Part shown: one piece after another, positions 21,441-33,700 of the stretch
Numbering within the stretch: the stretch's first letter is position 1
How the letters are laid out: the number at the start of each line of letters is the position of its first letter
Source of the DNA: an uncultured Anaerolineales bacterium
GTDB lineage: Bacteria > Chloroflexota > Anaerolineae > UBA1429
Assembly (NCBI GenBank): GCA_964564195.1
Contig: CAZMAI010000004.1
Location: 1 to 41,159 of the forward strand
Direction: 5' to 3'
Length of the DNA: 41,159 nucleotides
Position numbers and translations under genes: made by a program
Notes under the pieces: model-generated
The model's input: the letters and a program-made list of their open reading frames with translations, nothing else
Database searches by the model: none
What the model was told of the DNA's origin: nothing

Positions 21441-22352
21441 ATGGGCGTCATTGACACGTTGAGCGCGGGACTCAGGCTGGCCTTTCGCAGACCCTGGCTC
21501 GCATTGGTCCCCTTTCTCCTGGATATTGCCCTTTGGCGCGCCCCCAGGCTTTCCATGTCGGTACTCATCGAGCAGTTCCTGTCATGGTTGAACAACTGGA
21601 CAGCCTCTCCCGCCGCATCCCAGGCCACTACGGAAGGCCTGACAGACACAGTCACCATGTTGCGCGAAACCGTCGCGGCCATAAACGTCTTTGGCTATGT
21701 AGCCTGGGATAGCCTGGGAGTGCCCAGTATAGCGGCGAGTATGCCCATCCGGGACGGTGACGCGATCATACAGCTAACGCAACTGTGGCAACTCGCCCTG
21801 ATCTCCGCCGCTGTGCTTGCGATCGGCCTGGTGTTCGCGGCCCTCTACCTGGTGTTGATCGGCTCGAGTCTCAGGGACAAGGCGCTGCCCCTTGGCGAAC
21901 TCGCGCAGTCTGTGGCGACAGCATGGGCCAGGCTGGGCTTGATAGCCATCGCCATCGGGGCTGCGATCATGTCAGCGTTCCTTGGAACGGCAATTCTCGG
22001 TCCCTTTGCCGCATTCCTGTTTATCGGACTGGTTTGGATGCTGCTGTATTTGTCCTTCTTTCCCCAGGCAGTGACGCTTGGAGGATTCAAGCCCCTTGCA
22101 GCCGCGATCGTCAGCATACACGTTGTCCGGACCAGTCTCTGGCCAACGCTCGGACTGTTGCTGCTGGTCAATCTGCTGGACGCCGGCCTATCGCTCGTAT
22201 GGCAACAACTGGCCGCCACCGTTCCCATAGGCATGATTGTGGCGATCATTTTGAGCTCGCTCGTCGGAACCGGCCTGACTGCTTCGCTGTTTTACTTTTA
22301 CAGCGACCGCTCTTCCAGGCTCGTACGAATTCAGATGCCCCGCGAGGCTTAG
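21441..22352 (+). CDS. Hypothetical polytopic membrane protein
   Basis: 303 aa with GAGGAGG RBS and about 6-7 hydrophobic helices. No motif I can assign. Confidence 0.6.
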   Translation: MGVIDTLSAGLRLAFRRPWLALVPFLLDIALWRAPRLSMSVLIEQFLSWLNNWTASPAASQATTEGLTDTVTMLRETVAAINVFGYVAWDSLGVPSIAASMPIRDGDAIIQLTQLWQLALISAAVLAIGLVFAALYLVLIGSSLRDKALPLGELAQSVATAWARLGLIAIAIGAAIMSAFLGTAILGPFAAFLFIGLVWMLLYLSFFPQAVTLGGFKPLAAAIVSIHVVRTSLWPTLGLLLLVNLLDAGLSLVWQQLAATVPIGMIVAIILSSLVGTGLTASLFYFYSDRSSRLVRIQMPREA

Positions 22353-24284
<1,932 letters not shown>

Positions 24285-24407
24285 GTTACGCGCCCAACAC
24301 CTGGCGCAACCTGGCAAGCGCGCCTCGCTAACAGTTGCGCGCGCCCGTTCGCCGCACACGCGGGCCACGTCTATAATCCACGCCATCTGCACGATCTGAG
24401 GAGCGTT

Positions 24408-25850
24408 ATGCAGCAATACACAGCCACGATCGGCATGGAGGTTCATGCCGAGATACTGACACGGACCAAGATGTTCTGCGCCTGTCCCAACGATCTCGTT
24501 GCCGCCGCCCCCAATACCCACACCTGTCCGGTATGCCTGGGCATGCCCGGCGTGCTGCCCGTGATCAACCGCGTCGCCGTAGAGGCGACAGTACTGACAG
24601 GGATGGCGTTGAACTGCACTATACCGAGCTTTAGCAAATTCGATCGCAAAAACTACCACTATCCCGACCTTCCCAAGGGTTACCAGATCAGCCAGTACGA
24701 CCTGCCCCTGTGCACGAACGGCCATCTGGACGTGATGGTAGAGGGGACACCCCGGCGTTTCGGCATCCGCCGTGTGCACCTTGAGGAGGACACCGCCCGC
24801 CTGGTCCACCAGAATGGTGTAAGCCTGGTCGACTTTAACCGTTCGGGCGTCCCCTTGATGGAGATCGTGACCGAGGCAGACATGCATACCGCAGAGGATG
24901 CCTATGCCTACCTGGTCAAGCTTCGCCAGATACTGCGCTACCTGGGTGTCAGTACGGGGAATATGGAAGAGGGCGCTATGCGCTGTGAAGCCAATATCTC
25001 CGTGCGGCCCGAGGGTGCTGAGGAACTGGGCACCAAGGTCGAGATAAAGAATCTCAACTCGTTCCGGTCGGTCCGTATGGCCATCGCGTACGAATACGAG
25101 CGTCAAGTGAATCTGCTCGAAATGGGCGGCAAGGTACACCAGGTCACCATGGGATGGGATGAGACCAACCATCGCACCGTATTCCAGCGATCAAAGGAAG
25201 GTGCGGAGGACTATCGCTACTTTCCCGAGCCCGACCTGCCGCCGATCGAGATGGACGATAACTGGCGCCATGCGATTCTCGAACGCATGCCTGAGTTGCC
25301 CGATCCCAAGCGCGAGCGATTCGTTACCGAGTATGGCATCCGCGCAGCCGACGCAGAACTGCTCACGCAGGATCAACAGGTCGCTGACTATTTCGAGGCC
25401 GCCTGTCGGGCCACGGCGACGGTCGCACCGCAAACCGTTGCGAATTGGGTGCTTGTCGAGCTTTTCCGTCTGTTGAGCGAGAGCGGCCTGGAGATCACCA
25501 AATGCCAGGTGTCGCCCGAGGCCCTTGCGGAGCTCCTCGAGTTGCTCGAGAAAGCAACAATCAACGGCACCACCGCCAAGGAGGTGCTGAGCGAGATGTT
25601 CCGTACCGGGCGCGGCGCCCAGGCGATCGTCGACAGCCGCGGCCTTGCGCAGATCAACGACGAGGATGCGCTAAGAGCCGTCGTGCTTGCCGTGCTGGAG
25701 CAGAACCGGGGTCCCGTTCAGCAGTACCTGGATGGCAAGTCGCAGGTTCTCGGTTTTCTGGTGGGACAGGTCATGCGCCAGACGCGGGGCCAGGCGAACG
25801 TCGCTGTCGCGACCGAGATGCTCAAGGCAGAGCTGGCGACGCGCCAGTAG
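24408..25850 (+). CDS. gatB: Asp-tRNA(Asn)/Glu-tRNA(Gln) amidotransferase subunit B
   Basis: 480 aa. N-terminus [22 protein letters not shown]...[13 protein letters not shown] is typical of GatB. C-terminal YqeY-like tail. Confidence 0.93.
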   Translation: MQQYTATIGMEVHAEILTRTKMFCACPNDLVAAAPNTHTCPVCLGMPGVLPVINRVAVEATVLTGMALNCTIPSFSKFDRKNYHYPDLPKGYQISQYDLPLCTNGHLDVMVEGTPRRFGIRRVHLEEDTARLVHQNGVSLVDFNRSGVPLMEIVTEADMHTAEDAYAYLVKLRQILRYLGVSTGNMEEGAMRCEANISVRPEGAEELGTKVEIKNLNSFRSVRMAIAYEYERQVNLLEMGGKVHQVTMGWDETNHRTVFQRSKEGAEDYRYFPEPDLPPIEMDDNWRHAILERMPELPDPKRERFVTEYGIRAADAELLTQDQQVADYFEAACRATATVAPQTVANWVLVELFRLLSESGLEITKCQVSPEALAELLELLEKATINGTTAKEVLSEMFRTGRGAQAIVDSRGLAQINDEDALRAVVLAVLEQNRGPVQQYLDGKSQVLGFLVGQVMRQTRGQANVAVATEMLKAELATRQ

Positions 25851-25948
25851 GCCCGACCGACCCGTCATCACGACAAACGTGGACCCAAGGTCAGAGGCCG
25901 CCCTGAGGCTCTGGCGTGACGGCCAGGACTCGCACGTAAGGAGTATCG

Positions 25949-27247
25949 ATGCACCCGAGGGACTCGCAGCGCGCGGGAACAGGACGGGGAACGGCCCGCT
26001 TTCTGAACTGGTCCCAGAACCCCGGCATCTTGATGGCCATGGTCGGACAGACCTTTATCAATATGCTGGGGGTTGGGATCATTGGGCCCGTCCTTCCGCT
26101 CTATGCGGATTCCTTTGGTGTCAGCGCCGCGATGGTCGGACTCCTGATCTCGAGCTTTGGCATCGCGCGCATCCCGATCAATGTCCCCGTAGGCTCTCTC
26201 GCTGAGCGGATTGGTCGGCGCCCGCTCCTTGTGGCCGGACCTCTCTTGATCGCCGTTTCGGCTGTGCTCAGCGGCATGGCCACCAGCTTCGGTCAGTTGA
26301 TCGTCTTTCGACTCCTCCAGGGCGTGGGCTCGGCCTTTCAGATGACCGCGGGCATGATCGTGGTCGCGGACATCAGCACACCACGGGATCGCGGCCGAAC
26401 AATGAGCACCTACCAGGGAGCGCTCCTGCTCGGCACGGGGGTCGGCCCCATCATCGGGGGACTTCTCGGAGAGCAGTTTGGCTACCGGATGCCGTTCTTC
26501 GTCTATGGGGCGCTGGCGCTGTGTGCCGCCGCATGGGCCTTTTTCGTTGTACCAGAGACTGGCAGCCTGAGCGCCGCCGATACCGGCAATCCCGTGAGCC
26601 CCCAAACGCCAGCTGCGACGTTGCCACGCCAGAGCGGGCTCAGCTTGTTGCGCAACCGGAACTTCCTGCTGATCTCGCTGGTATCCCTGGCGATCTTTTT
26701 CACGCGGTCCGGCACACAGAACACTATTTTGCCCTTGCTGGGCAGCGACCGCCTGGGAATCGGCCCCGCCAGGCTTGGATATGCCTTTACCGCCATCGCG
26801 GTGATCAACTTTCTCACGATCAGCGTCTCTGGCGTCCTGTGCGATCGCTACGGACGCAAGACCGCCATTGTACCCAGTTGCATACTCTGCGGGTTGGCGG
26901 TCATCACTTACGCCCTGGGACACACCTATCTGCACTTTATGGCCAGCAGCTTGCTGCTCGGCCTGGGCACAGGTGTCGGTGGCCCTGCACCGGCCGCCTA
27001 TGTCTCCGACCTGGACCTTCCGGGCGGACGAGGACTCACCATGGGCGTGTATCGTACCGTCAGCGACGTGGGCATGGTCCTGGGACCGATCCTGCTTGGA
27101 GCGCTGAGCGACCGGTTCGATCACGGCACCGCACTCTGGGTGAACGGCTTACTGTTCATCTCGATAGGACTGGCCTTCTGGCAGGTTGCCCAAGAGACTC
27201 ATGGTCGTGTTCGGCAGCCACGGCCGGAAATGCAAGAGGCCAGCTAA
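25949..27247 (+). CDS. MFS transporter
   Basis: 432 aa. AAGGAG RBS 5 nt upstream of the ATG. About 12 TM helices. MFS loop motif GSLAERIGRRP between TM2 and TM3. Confidence 0.8.
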   Translation: MHPRDSQRAGTGRGTARFLNWSQNPGILMAMVGQTFINMLGVGIIGPVLPLYADSFGVSAAMVGLLISSFGIARIPINVPVGSLAERIGRRPLLVAGPLLIAVSAVLSGMATSFGQLIVFRLLQGVGSAFQMTAGMIVVADISTPRDRGRTMSTYQGALLLGTGVGPIIGGLLGEQFGYRMPFFVYGALALCAAAWAFFVVPETGSLSAADTGNPVSPQTPAATLPRQSGLSLLRNRNFLLISLVSLAIFFTRSGTQNTILPLLGSDRLGIGPARLGYAFTAIAVINFLTISVSGVLCDRYGRKTAIVPSCILCGLAVITYALGHTYLHFMASSLLLGLGTGVGGPAPAAYVSDLDLPGGRGLTMGVYRTVSDVGMVLGPILLGALSDRFDHGTALWVNGLLFISIGLAFWQVAQETHGRVRQPRPEMQEAS

Positions 27248-27360
27248 AGAGAGCGAGTCCGCCTCCAAGATTGCCTGGAAACAGCGCCCGAGAATCGCAG
27301 CAGTCCCACACGACAGCGCGACCCGCTGGCAGCGCCTTATTCGGCCCGCTCCGCCAACAA

Positions 27361-27389
27361 TTGGGGAGCACCTCCCTGTGTGCTATACT
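27361..27389 (+). promoter_or_regulatory. Candidate promoter TTGGGG-17-TATACT upstream of the S41 protease gene
   Basis: -35 at 27361-27366, 17-nt spacer, -10 at 27384-27389 preceded by TGc. Confidence 0.35.
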
Positions 27390-27425
27390 AGAGTCCTCAC
27401 GTTTGCGAGGATAAAAGGGTACGCA

Positions 27426-28703
27426 ATGGAAATACAGGTAGAAACCCGGCGCAAGCAGACAGTCACTGTCGGACAGGTGATCGGGACGATCTTTCTTGTC
27501 ACCGTCTTCGTCGGCATCGGCTTCGCCGCGGGGATGGCGACCATGTGGTTAGCTCGGCCGTCACAGGCCAGTGTCCCCACCGCAGCGGCAGTGGAAACAG
27601 CCCCCGCGCTGGCCCCGATCAAGACGAGCATCGACAGCAGCGATCGGGAGCTACTGTTGGACGAGATCACCGGGCTGCTTGAGCGAGAGTACATCGACCC
27701 TGAAAGTATCGATCCGGTAGAGATGACCTACGGTGCCGCAGCGGGACTCGTATCGTCGCTCGGTGACCCCAACACGATGTTTGTGGAGCCTGTGCAGGCC
27801 GCGATCATCGAGGAGGACATGCAAGGGTCCTTCGAGGGTATCGGCGCAACGGTCGATCTCGTGGATGGCGTGCTGACGATTGTGCAGCCCCTGCCCAACA
27901 GCCCTGCTGTCAGGGCTGGCATCCAGGCCGGGGACCGGGTGCTCGCCGTCGATGGTGTATCCATCGAGGGTATGGAGCTCTTGGACGCCATCACGCTGAT
28001 CCGTGGACCCAAGGGGACCGTCGTTGCGCTCTTGATTGAGCGAAACGGCATCGACGAGCCCTTTACTGTAGAGGTCACCCGCGACCAGATCGAAGTAGCG
28101 ATAGTCGAGAGTCGCATGCTGGATGAGAACATCGCCTACGTTGCACTGGCCGAGTTCAATGCGGTCGCCCTGCAGCAGATGCAAAAAGCGCTCCGCGAAC
28201 TGAGCCGAGAGGATCCTACAGGGCTAATTCTGGACTTGCGCAACAATCCCGGCGGATATCTGAACATGGCCATCGAGATCGCCAGCGAGTTTCTGCCGCG
28301 CGGAACGCTCGTGGTGACGGAGCAGCAACGCGATCAAGAGCCCAACGCTTACACGGTGAGGCGGAACGGACAGGCAACGGACATCCCCCTGGCCGTACTG
28401 GTCAATGGCGGAAGTGCGAGTGCCTCGGAGATTGTGGCGGGGGCCATCCAATATCACGGGCGGGGTGTCCTGATCGGCGTTACGACCTACGGTAAAGGTT
28501 CGGTACAGTCTACACATACGCTGAGGGATGGATCGAGCCTGCGCGTCACCATCGCCAAGTGGGTGCTCCCCGGCGGTCGCATCCTCGAGGGTGACGGCAT
28601 CGAGCCCGATGTCGTGGTAGACATCATGCCCGAACAGGCTGCCGCTGGTGAGGATCCGCAACTGGACCGCGCCGTGCAGTACTTGCTTGAGGAATACCGG
28701 TAG
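27426..28703 (+). CDS. S41 family carboxyl-terminal processing protease with N-terminal membrane anchor and PDZ domain
   Basis: In-frame Met of track ORF 27186..28703 (MEIQVETRRK...). Contains a TM helix, a PDZ-like segment (GIQAGDRVLAVDGVSIEG), LDLRNNPGGYL, the catalytic Ser in GGSASASEIVAGA, and TYGKGSVQ. Confidence 0.88.
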   Translation: MEIQVETRRKQTVTVGQVIGTIFLVTVFVGIGFAAGMATMWLARPSQASVPTAAAVETAPALAPIKTSIDSSDRELLLDEITGLLEREYIDPESIDPVEMTYGAAAGLVSSLGDPNTMFVEPVQAAIIEEDMQGSFEGIGATVDLVDGVLTIVQPLPNSPAVRAGIQAGDRVLAVDGVSIEGMELLDAITLIRGPKGTVVALLIERNGIDEPFTVEVTRDQIEVAIVESRMLDENIAYVALAEFNAVALQQMQKALRELSREDPTGLILDLRNNPGGYLNMAIEIASEFLPRGTLVVTEQQRDQEPNAYTVRRNGQATDIPLAVLVNGGSASASEIVAGAIQYHGRGVLIGVTTYGKGSVQSTHTLRDGSSLRVTIAKWVLPGGRILEGDGIEPDVVVDIMPEQAAAGEDPQLDRAVQYLLEEYR

Positions 28704-28707
28704 AGCC

Positions 28708-29202
28708 ATGATGGCCAGGAACAAGCGCGGAGAGAAAACCGACCAGAGCCCAAACAGGACCATCAGCCAGAATCGCAAAGCGTTTCACGATTATTCCATC
28801 TCAGAGACGCTCGAGGCTGGCCTGGCTCTGCACGGGTCAGAGATAAAGTCCATCAGGGCCGGCAGGGTCAACCTGCGCGACAGTTATGTCGCCTTTCGCG
28901 AGGGCGAAGCCTGGCTGATAGGCACCCATATCGCCGGCTATAACGAGGCAAGCTATCTCGATCACGACCCTGTGCGCGATCGCAAGTTGCTGCTCCACCG
29001 CCGGGAGATCCAGCGTCTGCGCGCCCAGGTGGAACAGCGCGGCTATACCGTCGTGCCTACGCGCCTCTATCTCAAGAACAACCGCGCCAAGGTCGAGATC
29101 GGGCTGGCCAAGGGCAAGCACACCTACGACAAACGGGAAAGCCTGCGCGACCGCGATACCGAGCGCGAGATCGAACGAGAGATCAAAGGGCGCCTGTACT
29201 AG
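28708..29202 (+). CDS. smpB: SsrA-binding protein
   Basis: In-frame Met 21 of track ORF 28648..29202. ISQNRKAFHDYSI...GSEIKSIR...LLLHRREI motifs. Basic C-terminal tail. Confidence 0.93.
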   Translation: MMARNKRGEKTDQSPNRTISQNRKAFHDYSISETLEAGLALHGSEIKSIRAGRVNLRDSYVAFREGEAWLIGTHIAGYNEASYLDHDPVRDRKLLLHRREIQRLRAQVEQRGYTVVPTRLYLKNNRAKVEIGLAKGKHTYDKRESLRDRDTEREIEREIKGRLY

Positions 29203-29255
29203 TCCGCCCAGCCACCCGACCCGCCCCAGAGCGCTGGCCTACCGCGCGGCCATCC

Positions 29256-30125
29256 TTAGAGATAGGCCCCGATCAACGGCCGAAGCATCTCCCTGCGATC
29301 CTCTGGGATACTGTCCGCATGGGTGATGATCGCGCTCCGTAAGGCGTCGTGGCAGGTGCACGCACCCGTGCTCGCGGCGATCCGCGGTGCGCTCGCCGCG
29401 ATAATGGCCTTGGCGTGCTCGACGTTCGCCGACATGTTGCTGACCACCATCTCCACCGTCACCGACTCTTCGCTTTCGTGCCAGCTGTCATAGTCGGTAA
29501 CCATCGCGAGTGTGCAGTAGCAGATGCCTGCTTCGCGGGCGAGCTTGGCCTCGGGCAGCGCCGTCATACCGATAAGGTCGCCTCCGATCTGCCTGTAGAA
29601 GCGCGACTCGGCACGCGTGGAAAACTGGGGGCCCTCCATGACCACCAGGGTGCCTCCATCGTGCGCGGCATCACCTATGACCTGCTCGGTCCCCTCGTAG
29701 ACTATTCGTCGCAATTCTGAACAATAGGGCTCTGCAAAGGAGACGTGGGTCACGATGCCCTGACCAAAGAAAGACGTCGGGCGAATTCCCTTGGTGCGAT
29801 CGATCAACTGGTCGGGGATCACAATGTGCCGCGGCTCGAGCTCGGCCCGCAAGCTGCCCACGGCGCTGATCGAGAGGATGTGCCTCACCCCGAGCATCTT
29901 GAGCGCCCAGATATTAGCCTGTGATGGCAACTCGCTGGGGCTCAACACATGTCCGCGTCCATGGCGAGGCAGAAAAGCGATTCGCACGCCCCGCAACGTG
30001 CCGATGACGATCTCGTCGCTGGGACGACCAAAGGGCGTTTCGGGATACAGTGTCTCAATATCGGTCAGCCCCTCGATCTCATACATCCCGCTCCCGCCAA
30101 TGACGCCAACCTGGACATCGCCCAT
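29256..30125 (-). CDS. mtnP: S-methyl-5'-thioadenosine phosphorylase
   Basis: In-frame Met 21 of track ORF 29256..30185 (MGDVQVGVIGGSGMY...). Motifs FLPRHGRGH and SISAVGSL. GGGAGG RBS. The promoter lies inside the discarded ORF extension. Confidence 0.9.
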   Translation of the reverse strand: MGDVQVGVIGGSGMYEIEGLTDIETLYPETPFGRPSDEIVIGTLRGVRIAFLPRHGRGHVLSPSELPSQANIWALKMLGVRHILSISAVGSLRAELEPRHIVIPDQLIDRTKGIRPTSFFGQGIVTHVSFAEPYCSELRRIVYEGTEQVIGDAAHDGGTLVVMEGPQFSTRAESRFYRQIGGDLIGMTALPEAKLAREAGICYCTLAMVTDYDSWHESEESVTVEMVVSNMSANVEHAKAIIAASAPRIAASTGACTCHDALRSAIITHADSIPEDRREMLRPLIGAYL

Positions 30126-30156
30126 GGCATGTACCTCCCTGCGTGCTTGTGGGCTC

Positions 30157-30185
30157 ATTATACGGGCGCAGAACCGCGCGAACAA
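30157..30185 (-). promoter_or_regulatory. Minus-strand promoter TTGTTC-17-TATAAT for mtnP
   Basis: On the minus strand: -35 ttgttc (plus coordinates 30180-30185), 17-nt spacer, -10 tataat (30157-30162). This is about 31 nt upstream of the ATG at 30125. Confidence 0.45.
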
Positions 30186-30238
30186 CCGCTCTGGTCCTAA
30201 CCGAGCCCGTCAGCGCTGGTCTGATCGGGCGGCCAAGG

Positions 30239-30267
30239 TTGCGCGCAGCAGGCGCGCGTGGTATACT
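30239..30267 (+). promoter_or_regulatory. Promoter TTGCGC-17-TATACT for ssrA
   Basis: -35 at 30239-30244, 17-nt spacer, -10 at 30262-30267. The mature tmRNA 5' end GGGG starts at 30277. Confidence 0.5.
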
Positions 30268-30276
30268 CGTTATGTC

Positions 30277-30664
30277 GGGGATGAAAGGTCTCGACAGGGA
30301 GGGCTGGTCACAGACTGCAAGCCGAGGTGCCTCAACCTCGTAAATCCGGGGCAAACAATCAAGTGCCAACACAAGCACTACACCGGCCTTTGCTCTCGCC
30401 GCGTAAAAACGGCTGAGTAGGGCCACTGGCGGACAGAGTCCGTCACGTCTGTCCCTCACTTTTCCCGAGAGGGAGGAGCCAGGCGTCGACAAAGTCGGGA
30501 TGCGGCCGGCTAATGCCGATACCACCGGTCAAAGATGAATCGGCTGGCGAGGTCCGAAATCTGTCGCTCGAAGACGGACCCGCGAGATCATAGGAGCGAA
30601 TAAGCTTGTAGACGTCTCTGGTCGAACTTTCTGGACGCGGGTTCGATTCCCGCCATCTCCACCA
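30277..30664 (+). ncRNA. ssrA: tmRNA (transfer-messenger RNA, SsrA)
   Basis: 5' GGGGAUGAAAGGUCUCGACAGGG and 3' GGACGCGGGUUCGAUUCCCGCCAUCUCCACCA. The acceptor stem carries the G3-U wobble. The internal tag ORF ends ...PAFALAA-TAA (stop 30404-30406). The likely resume codon is GCC at 30365, giving tag ANTSTTPAFALAA. Confidence 0.95.
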
Positions 30665-30691
30665 TCAAGCACCTGGCCCTTCGGTGCGAAC

Positions 30692-30725
30692 AAAAGGCCG
30701 CCCATTGATGGGCGGCATTTGTTGT
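30692..30725. terminator. Bidirectional rho-independent terminator between ssrA and the convergent S8 protease gene
   Basis: 8-bp GC-rich stem gccgccca (30697-30704) / tgggcggc (30709-30716) with a 4-nt loop. It is flanked by caaaa on the left and atttgttgt on the right, so a U-run follows the hairpin on both strands. Confidence 0.7.
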
Positions 30726-30780
30726 CTCAGCCACTGGTGCAGCGAGCACGCACCAAGGATCACCGCTGGCTCGGCGGTGG

Positions 30781-33700
30781 CTAACGATGCACCAACGGCA
30801 GGTACAGCTTCCACACGGGAGGAGGCGGTAGCGTTGGCTCGGCTGTCGGCTCCGGCGTAGGTGTGGGTGTCGGTGGCGGCCTGACAGTCGTTACGACCGT
30901 GCGCGTGAAACTGAGCCCGTCCATCGTAAACTCAGCAGACGCCTCAATGACCGTCTCCAGTGGGCCACTGTCGGAAACCAGCGCATTCAGCGTCGCGACC
31001 AGAGTCGAACCGGCCGCAAGAGAGCCTGACCAGCGCAGCGCGCTCCCGTCAAAGGTTACACCCTCGCCCGTATGCGCGACATAGCTCGTTCCCGCTGGCA
31101 GCGGGAACACAAAGGACGCAGAGGCTACAGGGATCGAACTGCCGACGTTGTCTGCGACTAGCGAATAGGTCAGTACGTCACCCCCTTCGGCCGTCGCGGC
31201 ACTCACCGTGAGATCGGATGCGCCTCCCGGAACGATCCGGACAAGACCCTGTCCGGTAGCCTTGTGGCCCAGCGCGTCGGTCACCTCAACGGCCAGCGGA
31301 TAGTCGCCCACGTCAGTAAACGGCACGTACACCACGGGCTGAGTGCTAGCCACGATCCGCTGTGTGGCCCCTTCACCGATCCTCCAACGATAGGCAGTTC
31401 CGGCAGCGCCCACCGACGAGACCACGTTGACCGATAGCCGCGCGAGTCTGTTTGGGCCACCAACCAGGGGGTCTGGCACCGTTACGCTGAGCTCATCCAG
31501 GAGCCAGTCCAATTCGCGATCCAACAGAGTCGCAGCATAGGTAACGCCAGGCCTGTCATTGACACCCTCCAGCCCAAACGACTGGTGGAGTACGCGATAG
31601 TGCACGTCGGGTGCAGGATCCTCCAGCGTCGGTTCATCCGATTTGGCGAGCGCAACATAGCCCGCTTCGAGCATACTGCTGCCTGTCGCCGCCGCGAACG
31701 GCTTGACCAGCGCATCTCCAACCGGCGAACCTCCGACGGCCAGTTCATCGATGCTGACCTGGTTCCCGGCACCGCTGCCGAGCCCTCCAAGATCCAGGAG
31801 CACCCCCTGCAGCGGCGTCCCCACCAGACCGGTAACGGCCACCGCCTCATCGGGCGCCGCACTGGGAGCGAACACATTGTCCTGCAGATAATGCGAGCCG
31901 AGGTAAGCGCGATAGAGGGTGGAACGCCCATAGACAGGGTCCGGGTCGGGATTGTTATCCGTTGCTGACGCCACATTCTGACCCATGACGAGCAAGCGCC
32001 CGCCGCCGTCCAGATAACTCATCAGAGCCTGCTGATCCTGTGCTGTGGGCGGTGTAAAGACAGCAAAGGTCCCATCCGGGCTAAACTTTCCACCGAGTGT
32101 CCAGAGGATGGCGCGATAGCCAGAGAGCGTCTGGGCGCTTGGCAAAGTCTGTTCAGCCCCGACGAGCGCATCCGAGTCCCAGACGGCAAAATCCACGCCC
32201 AGTTGCTGAAGAGCGGCCTTGATGTAAGGCAGCGTATCGGTGCCACCGCCCTCAAAGGAGAACTCGAAATCGTTATCGATGACCAGCAGGCTGGCTGCAG
32301 CCGGTGGGGGCGGCACTCTACCCCACACCGGCACACGCACGGATCCTAACGAAGATGACAGCGTGATCACGGTGCCAAAATCACCCTCGGCGGTGGGGGA
32401 CACAGCAAAGCTTAGCGTCAAAGCATATGTGTAACCGGGCTTGGTTCGGATGGTGGCCGGCCCGCTGACCATCAGTTCGTCAGATGGTGCCCACGAGACG
32501 GACCAGTCCACAAAGGTCCCTCCAGGCCTGACATCCTGCACCGCCAGTTCCACGTCTCGGGCGCTCTCAGCGTACATCGCTCCCAACGAGATACTCGCGG
32601 GCGACACGGCCAGGGCAGTAGCCAATGCCCGCGGAACGTCGAGCAGACCCGCGCCATAGTCCAGGGATTGTTGCGCGGCCACCAACTCGCTCAACCCATC
32701 GGAGGATCCAATCCGAGCGGTTCCCACCATCGCACTCTTGATCTGTGCCTGTTGCCAGGCCGGATGCTCGGCGAGCAGGATCGCAGCCGCACCGGCAGCA
32801 TGCGCGGCTGCAACGCTGGTACCGGAGAGAGCCACATAGCCAATACCTGAAGGATTAGCGGTGTGAGCGGCGGCCAGGATCGCCACCCCAGGCGCGACGA
32901 GATCGGGCTTGAGATACATGCCAAAGGCAGGTCCACGCCCGGAGTAGGGCGCGACCAACTCGGGGCTTGAGCTGAGCACGCGACCGGAGCCGCTGAGCGC
33001 GATGGTCGCGGAGGCACCTGGCGTGTTGGCCCAGTCGAGCAGTTGTTGTCCCGCCGTGCTGGCCACCATCGCCGCCTGAATACCGATGATGCCTTCCCCA
33101 CAATAGTCACCCAGGCACGCCATATCAGTGACCGTATCGGCAGAGTTAACGATCAACGCGAGCGAGGCGCCGGCCTGCTCCGCGTGATAGACCTTGTCCG
33201 CAAACGGGCATTCACCGCGTCGTATCAGGACAGCAGCGCCGCCGAGGCTTCCGGCAGGGAGAGGGACACATGCGTAGGGATCCGCACCGGTGGCCACCGT
33301 TTTCACATCGATAAGCGGAAAGGCGGAGGTATCTGCATCGATCGGCGCTCCGAAGAGAGCACGGCCATAGGCGGCGCCTTGCGCCCCAACGGTGATCACC
33401 TCCTCCACACCGCCGGGCAACCGGCTCGCCGAGCCGGGACCTGGGCCCTCGTTACCGGCGGGACCGATGACGATAACGCCCGCATCGATCGCCGCGCGGA
33501 GGGCCGCCGCCACCGGAGAGGCAAAGGGGAGCTGCGCCCCCCCATCGCTCCAACCAACGACCAGGATATTGGCGCCATCCGCCACAGCATCTTCGATCGC
33601 CTGAATGATCTCGACCGCGTAGGCGCGCTCGTAGCCATCGGAGGCGGAGGGATAGAAGACGCGATAGTTCATCAGCCGAGCGCCCGGGGCAACGCCCGAG

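Noticed and set aside
29791-30525. ORFs 29791..30420 (+), 30079..30525 (-) and 30143..30343 (+) around 30.1-30.5 kb
   Set aside because: They overlap the tmRNA gene and the mtnP/ssrA promoter region. tmRNA explains the sequence conservation features here.
30664-30781. Possible genomic island integrated at the tmRNA 3' end
   Set aside because: tmRNA genes are common integration sites. However, there is no integrase, no duplicated tmRNA 3' fragment downstream within the window, and only a terminator before the convergent protease gene.
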